A DNA stretch of 62,771 nucleotides, the filler included, from an uncultured Myxococcia bacterium (GTDB lineage Bacteria > CAZTWC01): NCBI GenBank assembly GCA_964617105.1. It is 6 parts of 6 records of this genome, joined end to end, with 100 filler letters (N's around TTAATTAATTAA, not from the genome) between each part and the next. Parts side by side here need not be neighbours in the genome. Positions count along the whole stretch, not along the records: positions 1 to 10,574 come from CAZTWC010000112.1; positions 10,675 to 21,166 come from CAZTWC010000113.1; 4 more parts are not named here. One strand, 5' to 3'. How positions within the stretch are numbered: position 1 is the stretch's first letter; each line of letters begins with the position of its first letter. The notes below the pieces were generated by a model. That model made no database searches, was not told the origin of the DNA, and saw only the letters and a program-made list of their open reading frames with translations. Made by a program: the position numbers and the translations under genes. Positions 10,537 through 20,563 of this stretch are shown in pieces.

Positions 10537-10565
10537 TTGACAGCCGTATATTTTAAAGGTACACT
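10537..10565 (+). promoter_or_regulatory. Sigma70-type promoter pointing off the contig end
   Basis: TTGACA-17 bp-TACACT. Confidence 0.6.
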
Positions 10566-10574
10566 TTAATCATC

Positions 10575-10674
10575 NNNNNNNNNNNNNNNNNNNNNNNNNN
10601 NNNNNNNNNNNNNNNNNNTTAATTAATTAANNNNNNNNNNNNNNNNNNNNNNNNNNNNNNNNNNNNNNNNNNNN
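10575..10674. other. Artificial contig linker
   Basis: N44-TTAATTAATTAA-N44, with stops in all six frames. Confidence 0.99.
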
Positions 10675-10682
10675 TGTCATTC

Positions 10683-10907
10683 TTAAGAAACCAGGGGGTC
10701 GAAATTTTTTAGGCGGTTATCATCCATAATAACTTCCACTTTTTTTTCCATATTCTCCAGGGTTAATCCAGCTTTTTGAGCCAATTGCATCCCCTTTTCA
10801 AATCGGGCCAGAGAGTCTTCCAGGCAAAGATCTCCATCCTCCATTTCGGTTATAATATCGCTTAACTCTTTAAGTACCTGCTCTATTGTAACTGCTGGTT
10901 CATCCAT
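10683..10907 (-). CDS. xseB: Exodeoxyribonuclease VII small subunit
   Basis: IEQVLKELSDIITEMEDGDLCLEDSLARFEKGMQL..MEKKVEVI. Confidence 0.9.
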   Translation of the reverse strand: MDEPAVTIEQVLKELSDIITEMEDGDLCLEDSLARFEKGMQLAQKAGLTLENMEKKVEVIMDDNRLKNFDPLVS

Positions 10908-10930
10908 ATATTAGTATCTCCAATACCGGA

Positions 10931-13402
10931 TTATTCGGTTTTGATTTTATCATCTTTGTAGTCTCTGAAAAAAACCGCCGCCTTAATCTCTTCATTAACA
11001 ATTTTTCTTTTATCATTAAAAACAATAACTACACCTGGATAGCAGACATCGGCTTTAATTTTTGCAGTCAACCCTCGGCTGTAAGTACCTACTATGGCAT
11101 CTTTTTGCTGTTCAAACTCTGCTTTTTGTTTTAAAAGAATAGATAATTGCTTCAATTTTATAATCATGGTTTTACGCTTGCCGGCTTCTACGGTAGCCAA
11201 TTTTTCCAAAGGTCGCTTGAGGAAATCCTCTCCCAAAATTTTCTGTAAATTTATAACCTCCTGGTTAACCAATTTTAACTGATGAGTTACCTCCTTCAGT
11301 TGCTTGTCGGCATGGGCATCCAGTTTTATTCCCACTGTTGTTAGGGTTCCTGTATTAGAACCCAAGACCTTACAATCTATTCCATTGGCTGCGAAAACCT
11401 CTCCACCCACAATGGTTCCATGTTTGGAATTAGCGATAACTCTACCTTCACAGGTTACTCTACTGTTGTATATTGAGTCCCCAACCTGGATATTCCCCTT
11501 GGCATTAACCTTAGAATTGTTGATAAATTCACTGGCCATGTTTCCCTGGCAACTTATTTCGCTTTTTCCCTTTCCGGTGACTCCGCCTCTGATAGTTACA
11601 TTGCAATCAGAGATAACGACAGCATTGTCCACTAATTTATTAATGGATATATCCCCTTTTGCTTTTACTGTGAAATTGGGCCTTATAGAGCCACCAATGG
11701 TAATGCCTCCATTGGCGTCAAGATTCCCTACTTTGAAATCGATATCACCAGCAATATTTATAACGTCAAATACATTTAACTGGTTTCCAGCGAGAGAAAC
11801 AATACCATCAATTGAAGCCACATACAGGTTTTCCCCGGATGTATCGATATTTTGTCCGATGGTCAGTCCTGGATCCGGATTCCATCCCGCCTTTAATTGG
11901 TTACTCTTTATATCAAAGCCATCGACCGGCTTGATCTCCGGAACTTTTTCCGCTACCACGTCTTCATGGCGGACATTATGGACAAAAGAACGCTCCCTGA
12001 AGTCGATTTTTCCATCATCTCCAACTTTGCCAGCGCTCGTTTCCATCTCAATCCGAGGAATATTTTTACTTTTTTCTCCAGGGATCGGTGGTATTCCTTT
12101 GGCCACTATTTTGCTGATCACCAACTCGGTTTTTTCTTTTTTTTGCTTGATGATATCCTTTATCGCTTGATGATCAATACCATTGGATATATCCATACTT
12201 CTCAGGTTAACGATAATATCGCTTTCACTCTGAGGACCAGTATTTTCCGCAGGAGAAAGCAAGTGTATAACTGCTTCCATCCGATCGTCCGTTACATCTA
12301 ACAGTCTAATTATATCAACAGTGGAATGGCTAAGTTGGGCAATGCCATAAATTTTTGAGATAAAAGTATCATCGATTTTTTCTACAAATTTTCCTGGATA
12401 GATATTATTGACTTTTTGTTTCTGTGGTTTTAACTCTTTTCCAGTAAGATCCCAACCGGAAGAGGAATTTACCATCCCAGATTTATCAGCAATAATATCG
12501 TTGACAGAAACTAGATTACGACTGATCTTTTCAACTTCCTCATAAGAGGCTTTATTCAGGTTTTTAACCACGTTTATAACATCGGAAACACTGGTATCGA
12601 TTTTCCATGAGTATCCCTGGCTGTCGCCAGAAACAGGGGCTTGACCAGCGGCTATGTTAAATATTTTAACTTTCTTTTCTGCCATCATAAAGCGCAAGGC
12701 CGAAATTATTGCTTGTCGATTTACACCTTTTTTTATCTCGTGATAGGCGAGCAATCGATCCATATCTTCTGGAGATGGTATCTGTTTTGGGCTTTGAACC
12801 GGAAAGGTAACCAGATCTGCTCTCATTTTGTCGCTGCTAATAAGAATAGGAGAGAATATTTTCAGGGAATTGTCTGTCAGACAGGCAATTCCAGTAATAT
12901 TCGCGTAAAATTTATTTCCCCTTTTATCAACAGTAAAATCAAAATCAAAACTAACCTTTTTTCCCGACCGGGCAGGTAATATTTTTCCGAAAATATCGCA
13001 GCCATCTTTACCTGGTGTTGGTTCCAGTTCTTCGACAATCTCCTGATTGGTTTTAACCAGGTTTTCACCGTAGGAAGTCAATTGTTCTAAATTTTGGTTT
13101 TTTAAATATTCTTCAGGATCGTTAAGAGATGAATTGAAGTTGCATTTAATCTGGCCATTTTCGCCATGAATTGGCAGGGTGCCTTGAGATACCACTAAGT
13201 TTTTGATCTCTTTTTGATCATTTTGGTATTCATCTACCGCTTTTTTTATGGCTTCGGTGGCGATTCCATAGGTAATTTTACGCTGAGTCAGTTGACTTAA
13301 AATAAAACTAAACGAGATAATATCTGCGTCTTTATTGGTTATGGCCAGGTAATTGATACTGGCAACCATATTATCGGAACTGATGGAAATATCAAATGAC
13401 AT
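10931..13402 (-). CDS. FapA/DUF342 family protein with three tandem N-terminal modules
   Basis: Three ~180-aa modules starting ISISSDNMVASI, ILISSDKMRADL and LDVTDDRMEAVI, each with I..GI....I and G..P..G. Then IDFRE, a beta-solenoid (GDIDFKVGNLD..VKAKGDI), IVGG and YPGV. Confidence 0.85.
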   Translation of the reverse strand: MSFDISISSDNMVASINYLAITNKDADIISFSFILSQLTQRKITYGIATEAIKKAVDEYQNDQKEIKNLVVSQGTLPIHGENGQIKCNFNSSLNDPEEYLKNQNLEQLTSYGENLVKTNQEIVEELEPTPGKDGCDIFGKILPARSGKKVSFDFDFTVDKRGNKFYANITGIACLTDNSLKIFSPILISSDKMRADLVTFPVQSPKQIPSPEDMDRLLAYHEIKKGVNRQAIISALRFMMAEKKVKIFNIAAGQAPVSGDSQGYSWKIDTSVSDVINVVKNLNKASYEEVEKISRNLVSVNDIIADKSGMVNSSSGWDLTGKELKPQKQKVNNIYPGKFVEKIDDTFISKIYGIAQLSHSTVDIIRLLDVTDDRMEAVIHLLSPAENTGPQSESDIIVNLRSMDISNGIDHQAIKDIIKQKKEKTELVISKIVAKGIPPIPGEKSKNIPRIEMETSAGKVGDDGKIDFRERSFVHNVRHEDVVAEKVPEIKPVDGFDIKSNQLKAGWNPDPGLTIGQNIDTSGENLYVASIDGIVSLAGNQLNVFDVINIAGDIDFKVGNLDANGGITIGGSIRPNFTVKAKGDISINKLVDNAVVISDCNVTIRGGVTGKGKSEISCQGNMASEFINNSKVNAKGNIQVGDSIYNSRVTCEGRVIANSKHGTIVGGEVFAANGIDCKVLGSNTGTLTTVGIKLDAHADKQLKEVTHQLKLVNQEVINLQKILGEDFLKRPLEKLATVEAGKRKTMIIKLKQLSILLKQKAEFEQQKDAIVGTYSRGLTAKIKADVCYPGVVIVFNDKRKIVNEEIKAAVFFRDYKDDKIKTE

Positions 13403-13874
13403 CAGATAAATTTATCCCAGTTAATAATAGAATTTTATAATTATAACATAGAAGAAGATATACGCAATAGAATTTCGACATGAGCATTTCGACATGTGGC
13501 AAATTTCGTTCACGAGGTCAACCCGGGTCCCCCCCCGGGCACTTCCTTCGGGATAATGAGGGCAAATTAGGGGGTAAAATTAGGGGTTAATGGGAAGGGG
13601 GTGAGAGATGGGACAAACGGGACGACAGGTGAACTGGGCACCTACGGCCTTCCAGAATTCGCGGATCATGCCAATATTTTAGGTCAAATTGCCATTCAGT
13701 AATTTTTACACCAACCGACAGCGAAATTTCATTTGCATAATCCTCGCTTTAATGACAAAATATTTTCGATATGTGGTTTGAATTTCCTATCCCTATCCTG
13801 GGACAAATCTATGATAGAGATACGATCGAAAAAACCAAACCAGAACCAGAATGGCTTGGAATAGGAGGAAAATA

Positions 13875-14120
13875 GTGAAAATTTTATTTAAAGCAGTCAT
13901 CCTTATTATGCTGGTGGTCATGCCGGTAATAAATGGATGCAGTACAACCGGTATGTGCACAATATTTTGTAAACAACCAACTTCTCAAGGTTATGTAAAT
14001 CATAAGTATGGTCCATATCATGACATGACGAATGAAGCGTGTATAGATGAGAGAAAAAAGGTTCAGGAAGAGGTCAAAAGTTGGAAATCGGTCTGCAGAC
14101 ATGAATGGGAACCGTACTGA
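13875..14120 (+). CDS. Small Cys-rich lipoprotein
   Basis: AGGAGG RBS before GTG 13875, hydrophobic signal, lipobox INGC, four further Cys. Confidence 0.65.
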   Translation: MKILFKAVILIMLVVMPVINGCSTTGMCTIFCKQPTSQGYVNHKYGPYHDMTNEACIDERKKVQEEVKSWKSVCRHEWEPY

Positions 14121-14129
14121 GTTTTTCTG

Positions 14130-14339
14130 TTGTCTAAAATAACGCACCGAATTGAATATGGTACCTATTTTTCCATCCTGGAACTGATCAGCCGCGGAAA
14201 AACCAGTCGCATTGAAATTGAATCCATTATTGAGAGGAATATTGGTGGTTACCTGGCCAGACTCTCATGGAATATTTATCCAACCAAACTTCCAAATGTT
14301 TGCAATAAGCTTGGGTTTGAATTGGGGGGTGCATCCTGA
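14130..14339 (+). pseudogene. Internal fragment of an archaeal-type ATPase (ATPase_2/DUF234-associated, winged-helix part)
   Basis: EYGTYFSILELISRGKTSRIEIESIIERNIGGYLARL matches that family's middle region. No Walker motifs and no RBS. Confidence 0.55.
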
Positions 14340-14345
14340 TTTTCT

Positions 14346-15875
14346 TTATAAGTTCAAGAGAACCTGAATAGACTCTTTGGCCAAAGCCAGATATTTATCG
14401 GGAAAAATACCCATCTGGATGACCAAAATTACGGCGATTAAAATACCGCAGTAAAGAGGTGGGGATTTGAGAGGATTTAGATTTTCAGTGGATTCTTCTT
14501 TCATAAACATGGCCACAATGACCCGTAAATAGTAAATAACACTAAATAAACTATTGATAACCGCGATTATCACCAGTAGATACATCCAGGGATTTATATG
14601 ACCGGCATCTATTGCTTGCGAGAAAAGGAAAAACTTGGCGAAAAATCCGTTAAACGGAGGTATACCAGCCATTGCAAACATAAATACGGCCATAGCCACC
14701 GAAATAAGTGGATATTTGAAGCCAACACCGTTAAGATTATCCCGATCTACCTGACCCTCTTGACGTTCAAAAAAGATAATAATGCCAAAAGCGCCCAGAC
14801 TCATTATTGTGTAGGCCATCAGGTAAAATCCAACTGCATCGGCAGTTTTGTTGCCCATTAAAAAGATAGTTATGACTCCAATCAACAGGTAACCTGCATG
14901 GGCGATACTGGAGAAGGCCAGCATCCTTTTTAAATTGGTTTGAATTATGGCCATCAGGTTGCCTATGGTCATGGTTAATACTGAGAGAACACAGAGAATA
15001 AAGAAAAAACTGGTTGAACCGTTTTGACTAATTCCATTAAAAAAAGTTTGACCAAAAATCCTTATCAGGGCGGCAAAAGCAGCGGCTTTTACTCCAACCG
15101 CCATAAAAGCGGTAATTGGGGTAGGTGCTCCCTGGTAAACATCAGGTGTCCACATATGAAAGGGGACCGAAGCAATTTTAAAGCAAAATCCTGACAAGAG
15201 TAAGATCATGCCGGCAAATCTAAGAGGATTAGAGGTTAAAAAGTGGAAACTATCTCCAGAAAATTGGGCAATTTCTGCTGAAATATGCTGAGATATCTCT
15301 ACCAGGTTAGTGGTTCCCATACCTCCGTAGATAAGGGCAATACCATATAACATAATGGCAGAGGAAAAGGCTCCCAAAAGATAATATTTGAGGGCGGCTT
15401 CGGCTCCGGCTCTATTTCTACGGGCAAATCCCACCAGTACATAAATTGATATGGACATGATCTCCAGGCTGATAAAAAAGAGAATCAGATCCTGGCTCAT
15501 TACCATCAGTTGCATACCCAAAGTAGCAAAAAGTAAAAGGGCAAAAAATTCACCATGACCCATTTTGTGGATATGGGCATATTCTATGGAGATTAAAGTG
15601 GTAATCGCCGCTCCCACGATAAATATGGCCCAAAAGAATAGAGAATACTTATCCGCAATAGCCATCCCTCCAAATATACTGGCCTTTACCGGTTCACTCC
15701 ATAAGTAGTAAACAGTAAAGAATGCTATAGTCAGCCCTATCAGTCCAAAATAGGCAAGGTAGTCCTTGCGGTCTGAATTGGAGAATGCCTGGGCCAGTAG
15801 GATAACCAGTGCTGTGCAAAATAGAATGATCACAGGTGAAAGGTTAACAAATATGTCTGAAGTTATTTGTGGCAT
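14346..15875 (-). CDS. nuoN: NADH-quinone oxidoreductase subunit N
   Basis: EAALKYYLLG, FKIASVPFHMWTPDVYQGAP, KRMLAFSSIAHAGY, AGIPPFNGF. Confidence 0.95.
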   Translation of the reverse strand: MPQITSDIFVNLSPVIILFCTALVILLAQAFSNSDRKDYLAYFGLIGLTIAFFTVYYLWSEPVKASIFGGMAIADKYSLFFWAIFIVGAAITTLISIEYAHIHKMGHGEFFALLLFATLGMQLMVMSQDLILFFISLEIMSISIYVLVGFARRNRAGAEAALKYYLLGAFSSAIMLYGIALIYGGMGTTNLVEISQHISAEIAQFSGDSFHFLTSNPLRFAGMILLLSGFCFKIASVPFHMWTPDVYQGAPTPITAFMAVGVKAAAFAALIRIFGQTFFNGISQNGSTSFFFILCVLSVLTMTIGNLMAIIQTNLKRMLAFSSIAHAGYLLIGVITIFLMGNKTADAVGFYLMAYTIMSLGAFGIIIFFERQEGQVDRDNLNGVGFKYPLISVAMAVFMFAMAGIPPFNGFFAKFFLFSQAIDAGHINPWMYLLVIIAVINSLFSVIYYLRVIVAMFMKEESTENLNPLKSPPLYCGILIAVILVIQMGIFPDKYLALAKESIQVLLNL

Positions 15876-15901
15876 TTTTGCAACTCCGGGTTATAGATAG
15901 C

Positions 15902-17560
15902 CTATCTTTTTATTTGAAATGTAGTATTTTTTAGTCTTTTTATATGAGGTCTAAGCAATTCATTGCCTTTATACACCTTGAGAGGAAACACTTTTTTATG
16001 GAGGTTAGTATCCTGCATAATAATCCTCTTTTGGGCGAATTTTTGATTAAAACTGCTTATAAAATGATCAACCGACTTATCCATGCGACTTAGAAAAAAG
16101 TTTGGAAAAAGTCCAATTGTAAATACCATAACTACCAGCGGTATAAAAATTACCAACTCTCTAAAGTTGACATCCTTAATCGTTTTGTTGACTTCATGAG
16201 TGATGGGGCCAAACATAACCCTTCTATACATCCAGAGCATGTATACTGCCGCGAAAATTACACCTGAAGCGGCAATAATAGCATATATTCTAGAGTGTGC
16301 TTGTTCCATACCAAAGGAGTGGGAGGTAAAAGTGCCTAATAACACCAAAAACTCTCCGATGAAGCCATTGGTTCCCGGCAATCCAATGGAAGACAAGGTG
16401 AAAATCATAAATAATGCAGCAAAGATGGGGATTTGCTTGGCTAACCCACCAAAATCTTTTATCATTCTGGTGTGACGTCTCTCATAGATAACACCTACAA
16501 TCAAAAAGAGAGCACCTGTAGAGATACCATGGTTTATCATTTGCAAAATACTACCCTGGATACCTTGAGTGTTTAGGGCCATCATACCCAACATGCAAAA
16601 GCCCAGATGGGACACACTGGAATAGGCAATTAGTTTTTTCATATCTGGCTGAACCATAGCAACCAGAGCTCCATATATTATACCAATCAGCGCTATCACT
16701 CCAATTAGAGGGGCAAAGGCCAAAGTTGCCGAAGGAAAGAGAGGCATGGCAAATCTTAAAAAGCCGTAGGTCCCCATTTTCAACAAAACTGCAGCCAAGA
16801 TAACGCTACCGCCGGTTGGTGCTTCAACATGGGCAAGTGGCAACCAGGTGTGGAACGGAAACATTGGCACTTTAATGGCAAAGGCCAGGCCAAAAGCCAA
16901 AAACAACCATAACTGAATGCTATGGGGCAAATTCATCTGGTAGAGTTTTAACAGATTGAAGGTGTGTTGTCCGGTAGTTGGGTCAGTATAGCTGAAATAG
17001 ATATAAAGAATAGCCACCAGCATCAATAGACTACCCACCATCGTGTATATAAAGAAAACAATGGCGGCATGGATCTTTTTAGTACCGCCCCATACTCCGA
17101 TGATAAAATACATGGGGATTAGCATAAATTCCCAGAATATGTAAAACAGGAAAAGATCCAGCGAAACCAGGGCGCCGATCATGCCGGCTTCTAGTAATAA
17201 CATACAGATGATATACTCTTTCATGCGGTCTGAAATCGAAGAGAAAGCATTAAGAATCACCAAAGGGGTCAGAAAAGTGGTAAGTAGAACAATGAAAAGC
17301 GAAATTCCATCTATACCTACGTGATAACTAATATTTAGGCTGGTTATCCAGATGGTGTTCTGCACGAACTGAAAACCGCCTTCAGTAGAATCAAAACTGG
17401 TGAGTAATTTTAGTGAGAACAAAAAAATCACCAGAGAGATTACCAAACCAGCATATTTAATGAAATTTTTCTCCGCAGCCGGAAAGACGGTGAGAAGCAA
17501 AGCGCCTAGTACGGGGAGAAAGATTATAAAGGAAATAATATTTGAATCTAGCCAACTCAT
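15902..17560 (-). CDS. nuoM: NADH-quinone oxidoreductase subunit M
   Basis: FWEFMLIPMY, IKVPMFPFHTWLPLAHVEAP, KKLIAYSSVSH, GLPGTNGFIGE. Confidence 0.95.
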   Translation of the reverse strand: MSWLDSNIISFIIFLPVLGALLLTVFPAAEKNFIKYAGLVISLVIFLFSLKLLTSFDSTEGGFQFVQNTIWITSLNISYHVGIDGISLFIVLLTTFLTPLVILNAFSSISDRMKEYIICMLLLEAGMIGALVSLDLFLFYIFWEFMLIPMYFIIGVWGGTKKIHAAIVFFIYTMVGSLLMLVAILYIYFSYTDPTTGQHTFNLLKLYQMNLPHSIQLWLFLAFGLAFAIKVPMFPFHTWLPLAHVEAPTGGSVILAAVLLKMGTYGFLRFAMPLFPSATLAFAPLIGVIALIGIIYGALVAMVQPDMKKLIAYSSVSHLGFCMLGMMALNTQGIQGSILQMINHGISTGALFLIVGVIYERRHTRMIKDFGGLAKQIPIFAALFMIFTLSSIGLPGTNGFIGEFLVLLGTFTSHSFGMEQAHSRIYAIIAASGVIFAAVYMLWMYRRVMFGPITHEVNKTIKDVNFRELVIFIPLVVMVFTIGLFPNFFLSRMDKSVDHFISSFNQKFAQKRIIMQDTNLHKKVFPLKVYKGNELLRPHIKRLKNTTFQIKR

Positions 17561-17576
17561 AATTCTCTTTCTATTT

Positions 17577-19496
17577 CTATATCAAGTAAAAGCAGATAAC
17601 GATTATTCCTAACAATATTCCAAAAGCGTAGGTTTGAACATTTCCGCTTTGGACATATTTTAACAAATGGCCGCTTTTTTCCACCATTTTGGCGGAGCCA
17701 AGTACCATCATGCCATTTATTACAAAGTCGTCAATTTTGGTCCATAACAGATGTGAGCCGTTTTTAATCGATTGCACAAATGCGTAGTCGTATAGTTCAT
17801 CGATAAACCACTTGTTGGAAACTGCATCGTGAAGATTCGGAAATTTTTGGGCAATCTCTTTAGGTTTGGTGGATTTTCGATTGAAGTATAGAACGTGGGC
17901 TAAACCCCAACCGGCAAATCCCACAGCAACAGAGGCTATCATTAGTATCCACTCCATTGCATGACCGTATTTAGGGGTATATTCAGCCGCAGGACTTATG
18001 GAAGATTGGAGGAAATGGTGAAAATGGTTGCTGCCCCCCAATACCGCGGGTATGCCAACCAGCCCTCCTACCAGGGCCAAAACGGCCAGGATCACTAGAG
18101 GAATAGTCATTACCGCCGGTGACTCGTGTAGGTGGTGTTTCACCTCTTCAGGAGCGGCACTTTCACCGCTAAAAGTTAGATAAACCATACGCCACATATA
18201 AAAAGCGGTCATGCCGGCGGTGATAAATCCTATCCCCCACAGGAAAAAACTGCCATTAGGTGATGCGGCAGCATTCCAAAGTATTTCATCCTTGCTGAAG
18301 AAACCGGCAGTCAGGGGAAATCCCATGATTGCCAGGGTTGATATGATAAAAGTAATACCGGTTAAAGGCATTTTTTTCAGTAATCCACCCATTTGCTTGA
18401 TGTTTTGGATCCCGCCCATAGCATGAATTACACTGCCAGCACCCAAAAAGAGGCAGGCTTTGAAAAAAGCGTGAGTCATCAAATGAAAAATACCGGCGGA
18501 AAAAGCTCCCACTCCAACCGCCAAAAACATGTATCCTAATTGGCTAACGGTTGAGTAGGCCAGCACCTTTTTTATATCGTTTTGAGCAATACCAATGGTA
18601 GCGGCAAAAAATGCGGTTACTGCACCTACAGTGGCCACCACCCCCATGGCAGTAGGTGAAAGCAGGTAGAGAAAATTTAGTTTGACGATCATATAGACAC
18701 CGGCGGTCACCATGGTAGCAGCGTGAATTAAGGCGCTAACCGGGGTAGGACCAGCCATGGCATCGGGCAGCCACACATAGAGGGGAATTTGAGCAGATTT
18801 TCCGGTGGCGCCCAAAAACAACAACAGGCAAATTGCGGTGGGAGCCCAGTCGGGCAACAGGTTCAAATTGGCTTTTACGCCAACAAAGTCCACTGCTCCT
18901 GTAAATAGAAAAATCAGAAGAATCCCCAGGATAAAGCCGAAGTCACCAATTCGGTTGACAATAAAAGCTTTTTGACCGGCTTTGGATTTTTCCATATCTT
19001 CGAACCAAAAACCAATCAAGAGATAGGAGCATAGACCTACCCCTTCCCATCCAATAAACATCATCACCAGGTTATCGCCCATTACCAGTAATATCATGGC
19101 AAAGACAAACAGGTTCAAATAACTGAAATACCTGGCGTATGACTTATCTTCCGCCATATAGCCTATTGAGTAGAGGTGGATGACTGAACTTACGCCTGTA
19201 ACCACTAGCAGCATAACAGCACTTAATGAATCAACCAGAAAACCGGCTGTTACGTTAAGTTTTCCCGATGAGATCCAGTTATAAAGTACGCTGCTTACGG
19301 GTTGGTGAGTAGTGTATACGAAATAAAAGGTCAAACAGGATACTAAAAAGGATAGAAAAACTGCCCCAACTGCAATGGTGTGGACTATTCGCTTAGGCAT
19401 ATAATGTCCTAGCAGACCATTAAAAATCGCCCCCAGCAGGGGAAAAAGCGGTATCAGGTAGAGGTAGTTTTCAAATATGATGGTGTTTGGCTCCAT
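17577..19496 (-). CDS. nuoL: NADH-quinone oxidoreductase subunit L
   Basis: GWEGVGLCSYLLIGFW, GKSAQIPLYVWLPDAMAGPTPVSALIHAATMV, THAFFKA. Confidence 0.96.
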   Translation of the reverse strand: MEPNTIIFENYLYLIPLFPLLGAIFNGLLGHYMPKRIVHTIAVGAVFLSFLVSCLTFYFVYTTHQPVSSVLYNWISSGKLNVTAGFLVDSLSAVMLLVVTGVSSVIHLYSIGYMAEDKSYARYFSYLNLFVFAMILLVMGDNLVMMFIGWEGVGLCSYLLIGFWFEDMEKSKAGQKAFIVNRIGDFGFILGILLIFLFTGAVDFVGVKANLNLLPDWAPTAICLLLFLGATGKSAQIPLYVWLPDAMAGPTPVSALIHAATMVTAGVYMIVKLNFLYLLSPTAMGVVATVGAVTAFFAATIGIAQNDIKKVLAYSTVSQLGYMFLAVGVGAFSAGIFHLMTHAFFKACLFLGAGSVIHAMGGIQNIKQMGGLLKKMPLTGITFIISTLAIMGFPLTAGFFSKDEILWNAAASPNGSFFLWGIGFITAGMTAFYMWRMVYLTFSGESAAPEEVKHHLHESPAVMTIPLVILAVLALVGGLVGIPAVLGGSNHFHHFLQSSISPAAEYTPKYGHAMEWILMIASVAVGFAGWGLAHVLYFNRKSTKPKEIAQKFPNLHDAVSNKWFIDELYDYAFVQSIKNGSHLLWTKIDDFVINGMMVLGSAKMVEKSGHLLKYVQSGNVQTYAFGILLGIIVICFYLI

Positions 19497-19514
19497 TGCT
19501 TTACTCTGTCCTCG

Positions 19515-19817
19515 TTAGTATTTTAAGTTATTCACTTCGTCCAGATTAATGGTGCGGTGATTTCTATATATGGCTATTACAATGGCCAACCCCACGGCAG
19601 CTTCTGCTGCAACTACGGCAATTATTAAAAATACCATCACATGGCCATCGAGTTTATTAAAGAAACGGCTGAAAGAGAGGAAAGTCATGTTGGCGGCGTT
19701 AAACATCAATTCCAAAGACATAAATACGGTAATCGCGTTGCGCCTGGTTAGAAAGCCAGCCATGCCGATTAAAAAGAGAATTGCACCTAAAATTAAAAAA
19801 TGGGGAAGATTGATCAT
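19515..19817 (-). CDS. nuoK: NADH-quinone oxidoreductase subunit K
   Basis: RRNAITVFMSLELMFNA, AAEAAVGLAI. Confidence 0.96.
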   Translation of the reverse strand: MINLPHFLILGAILFLIGMAGFLTRRNAITVFMSLELMFNAANMTFLSFSRFFNKLDGHVMVFLIIAVVAAEAAVGLAIVIAIYRNHRTINLDEVNNLKY

Positions 19818-19857
19818 TTTATTAAGTCTCTCGAATAAAAAAATTATTTAATATAAA

Positions 19858-20352
19858 TTACAACCGTTTTTTAGCCAGAACCACTGCCCCTACCATAGCC
19901 ACTAAGAGCAGTATCGACACCACTTCAAAGGGGAAAACGTAGTTGGTAAACAAAAGTTGACCAACCGCTTCAACGCTGCCGTATTTTTCCGATACCGGCA
20001 TAAATTTAAAAGCGGAAACGGTTTTGAATATTTTGAAGAGCATGGCTCCAAATAAGATTACGCCCATTACACTAAGAAATTTGACCATACTATACTGGCG
20101 GTAAGTCAACTCTTTTTTATTGAGATTCAAGAACATAATCACAAAAATAAATAGCACCATTACCGCACCGGCATATACCAATACCTGGATAATAGCCAGA
20201 AAGTGAGCCTCCAGTAATACATATATACCGGCAACACAGATAAACGTACCTATCAAAGCCAAAGCACCGTTTATGGGATTACGGGCGGCTACCACGGTGA
20301 TTGCGCCTGCGATAGATAAGAAACTAAGCAGGTAAAACAAGAAAGACTCCAT
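19858..20352 (-). CDS. nuoJ: NADH-quinone oxidoreductase subunit J
   Basis: AHFLAIIQVLVYAGAVMVLFIFVIM, PFEVVSILLLVAMVGAV. Confidence 0.95.
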   Translation of the reverse strand: MESFLFYLLSFLSIAGAITVVAARNPINGALALIGTFICVAGIYVLLEAHFLAIIQVLVYAGAVMVLFIFVIMFLNLNKKELTYRQYSMVKFLSVMGVILFGAMLFKIFKTVSAFKFMPVSEKYGSVEAVGQLLFTNYVFPFEVVSILLLVAMVGAVVLAKKRL

Positions 20353-20406
20353 GGTTTTATCCTATCTAACAAGTTAAAAAAACGAGCAATTTAATTTAGT
20401 TGCAGA

Positions 20407-20435
20407 AAACTATCTTATTTTTATTTTCTTGTCAA
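20407..20435 (-). promoter_or_regulatory. Sigma70-type promoter for nuoJKLMN, overlapped by an inverted repeat
   Basis: Minus strand TTGACA-17 bp-TAGTTT. The -35 lies in the imperfect palindrome TTATTTTCTTGTCAAGGAAAATAA. Confidence 0.5.
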
Positions 20436-20527
20436 GGAAAATAAGAGTGCCACTATATTGGACCGGATTATTAGCAGTTCCTGTCCGAGAATTCTATGTG
20501 CCTCAAGAATTTGATGACGTTTTTTTC

Positions 20528-20556
20528 TTGAAAATTATTAAAACAAAAACTAAAAT
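20528..20556 (+). promoter_or_regulatory. Sigma70-type promoter for the SDR gene (likely leaderless mRNA)
   Basis: TTGAAA-17 bp-TAAAAT, 7 nt before ATG 20564, no Shine-Dalgarno. Confidence 0.45.
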
Positions 20557-20563
20557 ATAAAAC

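Noticed and set aside
11304-12301. Long antisense or alternate-frame ORFs (also 5140..5796, 9595..10125, 23554..24333, 40665..41213, 53259..53762)
   Set aside because: They are shadows of well-supported genes on the opposite strand, with no motifs or RBS.
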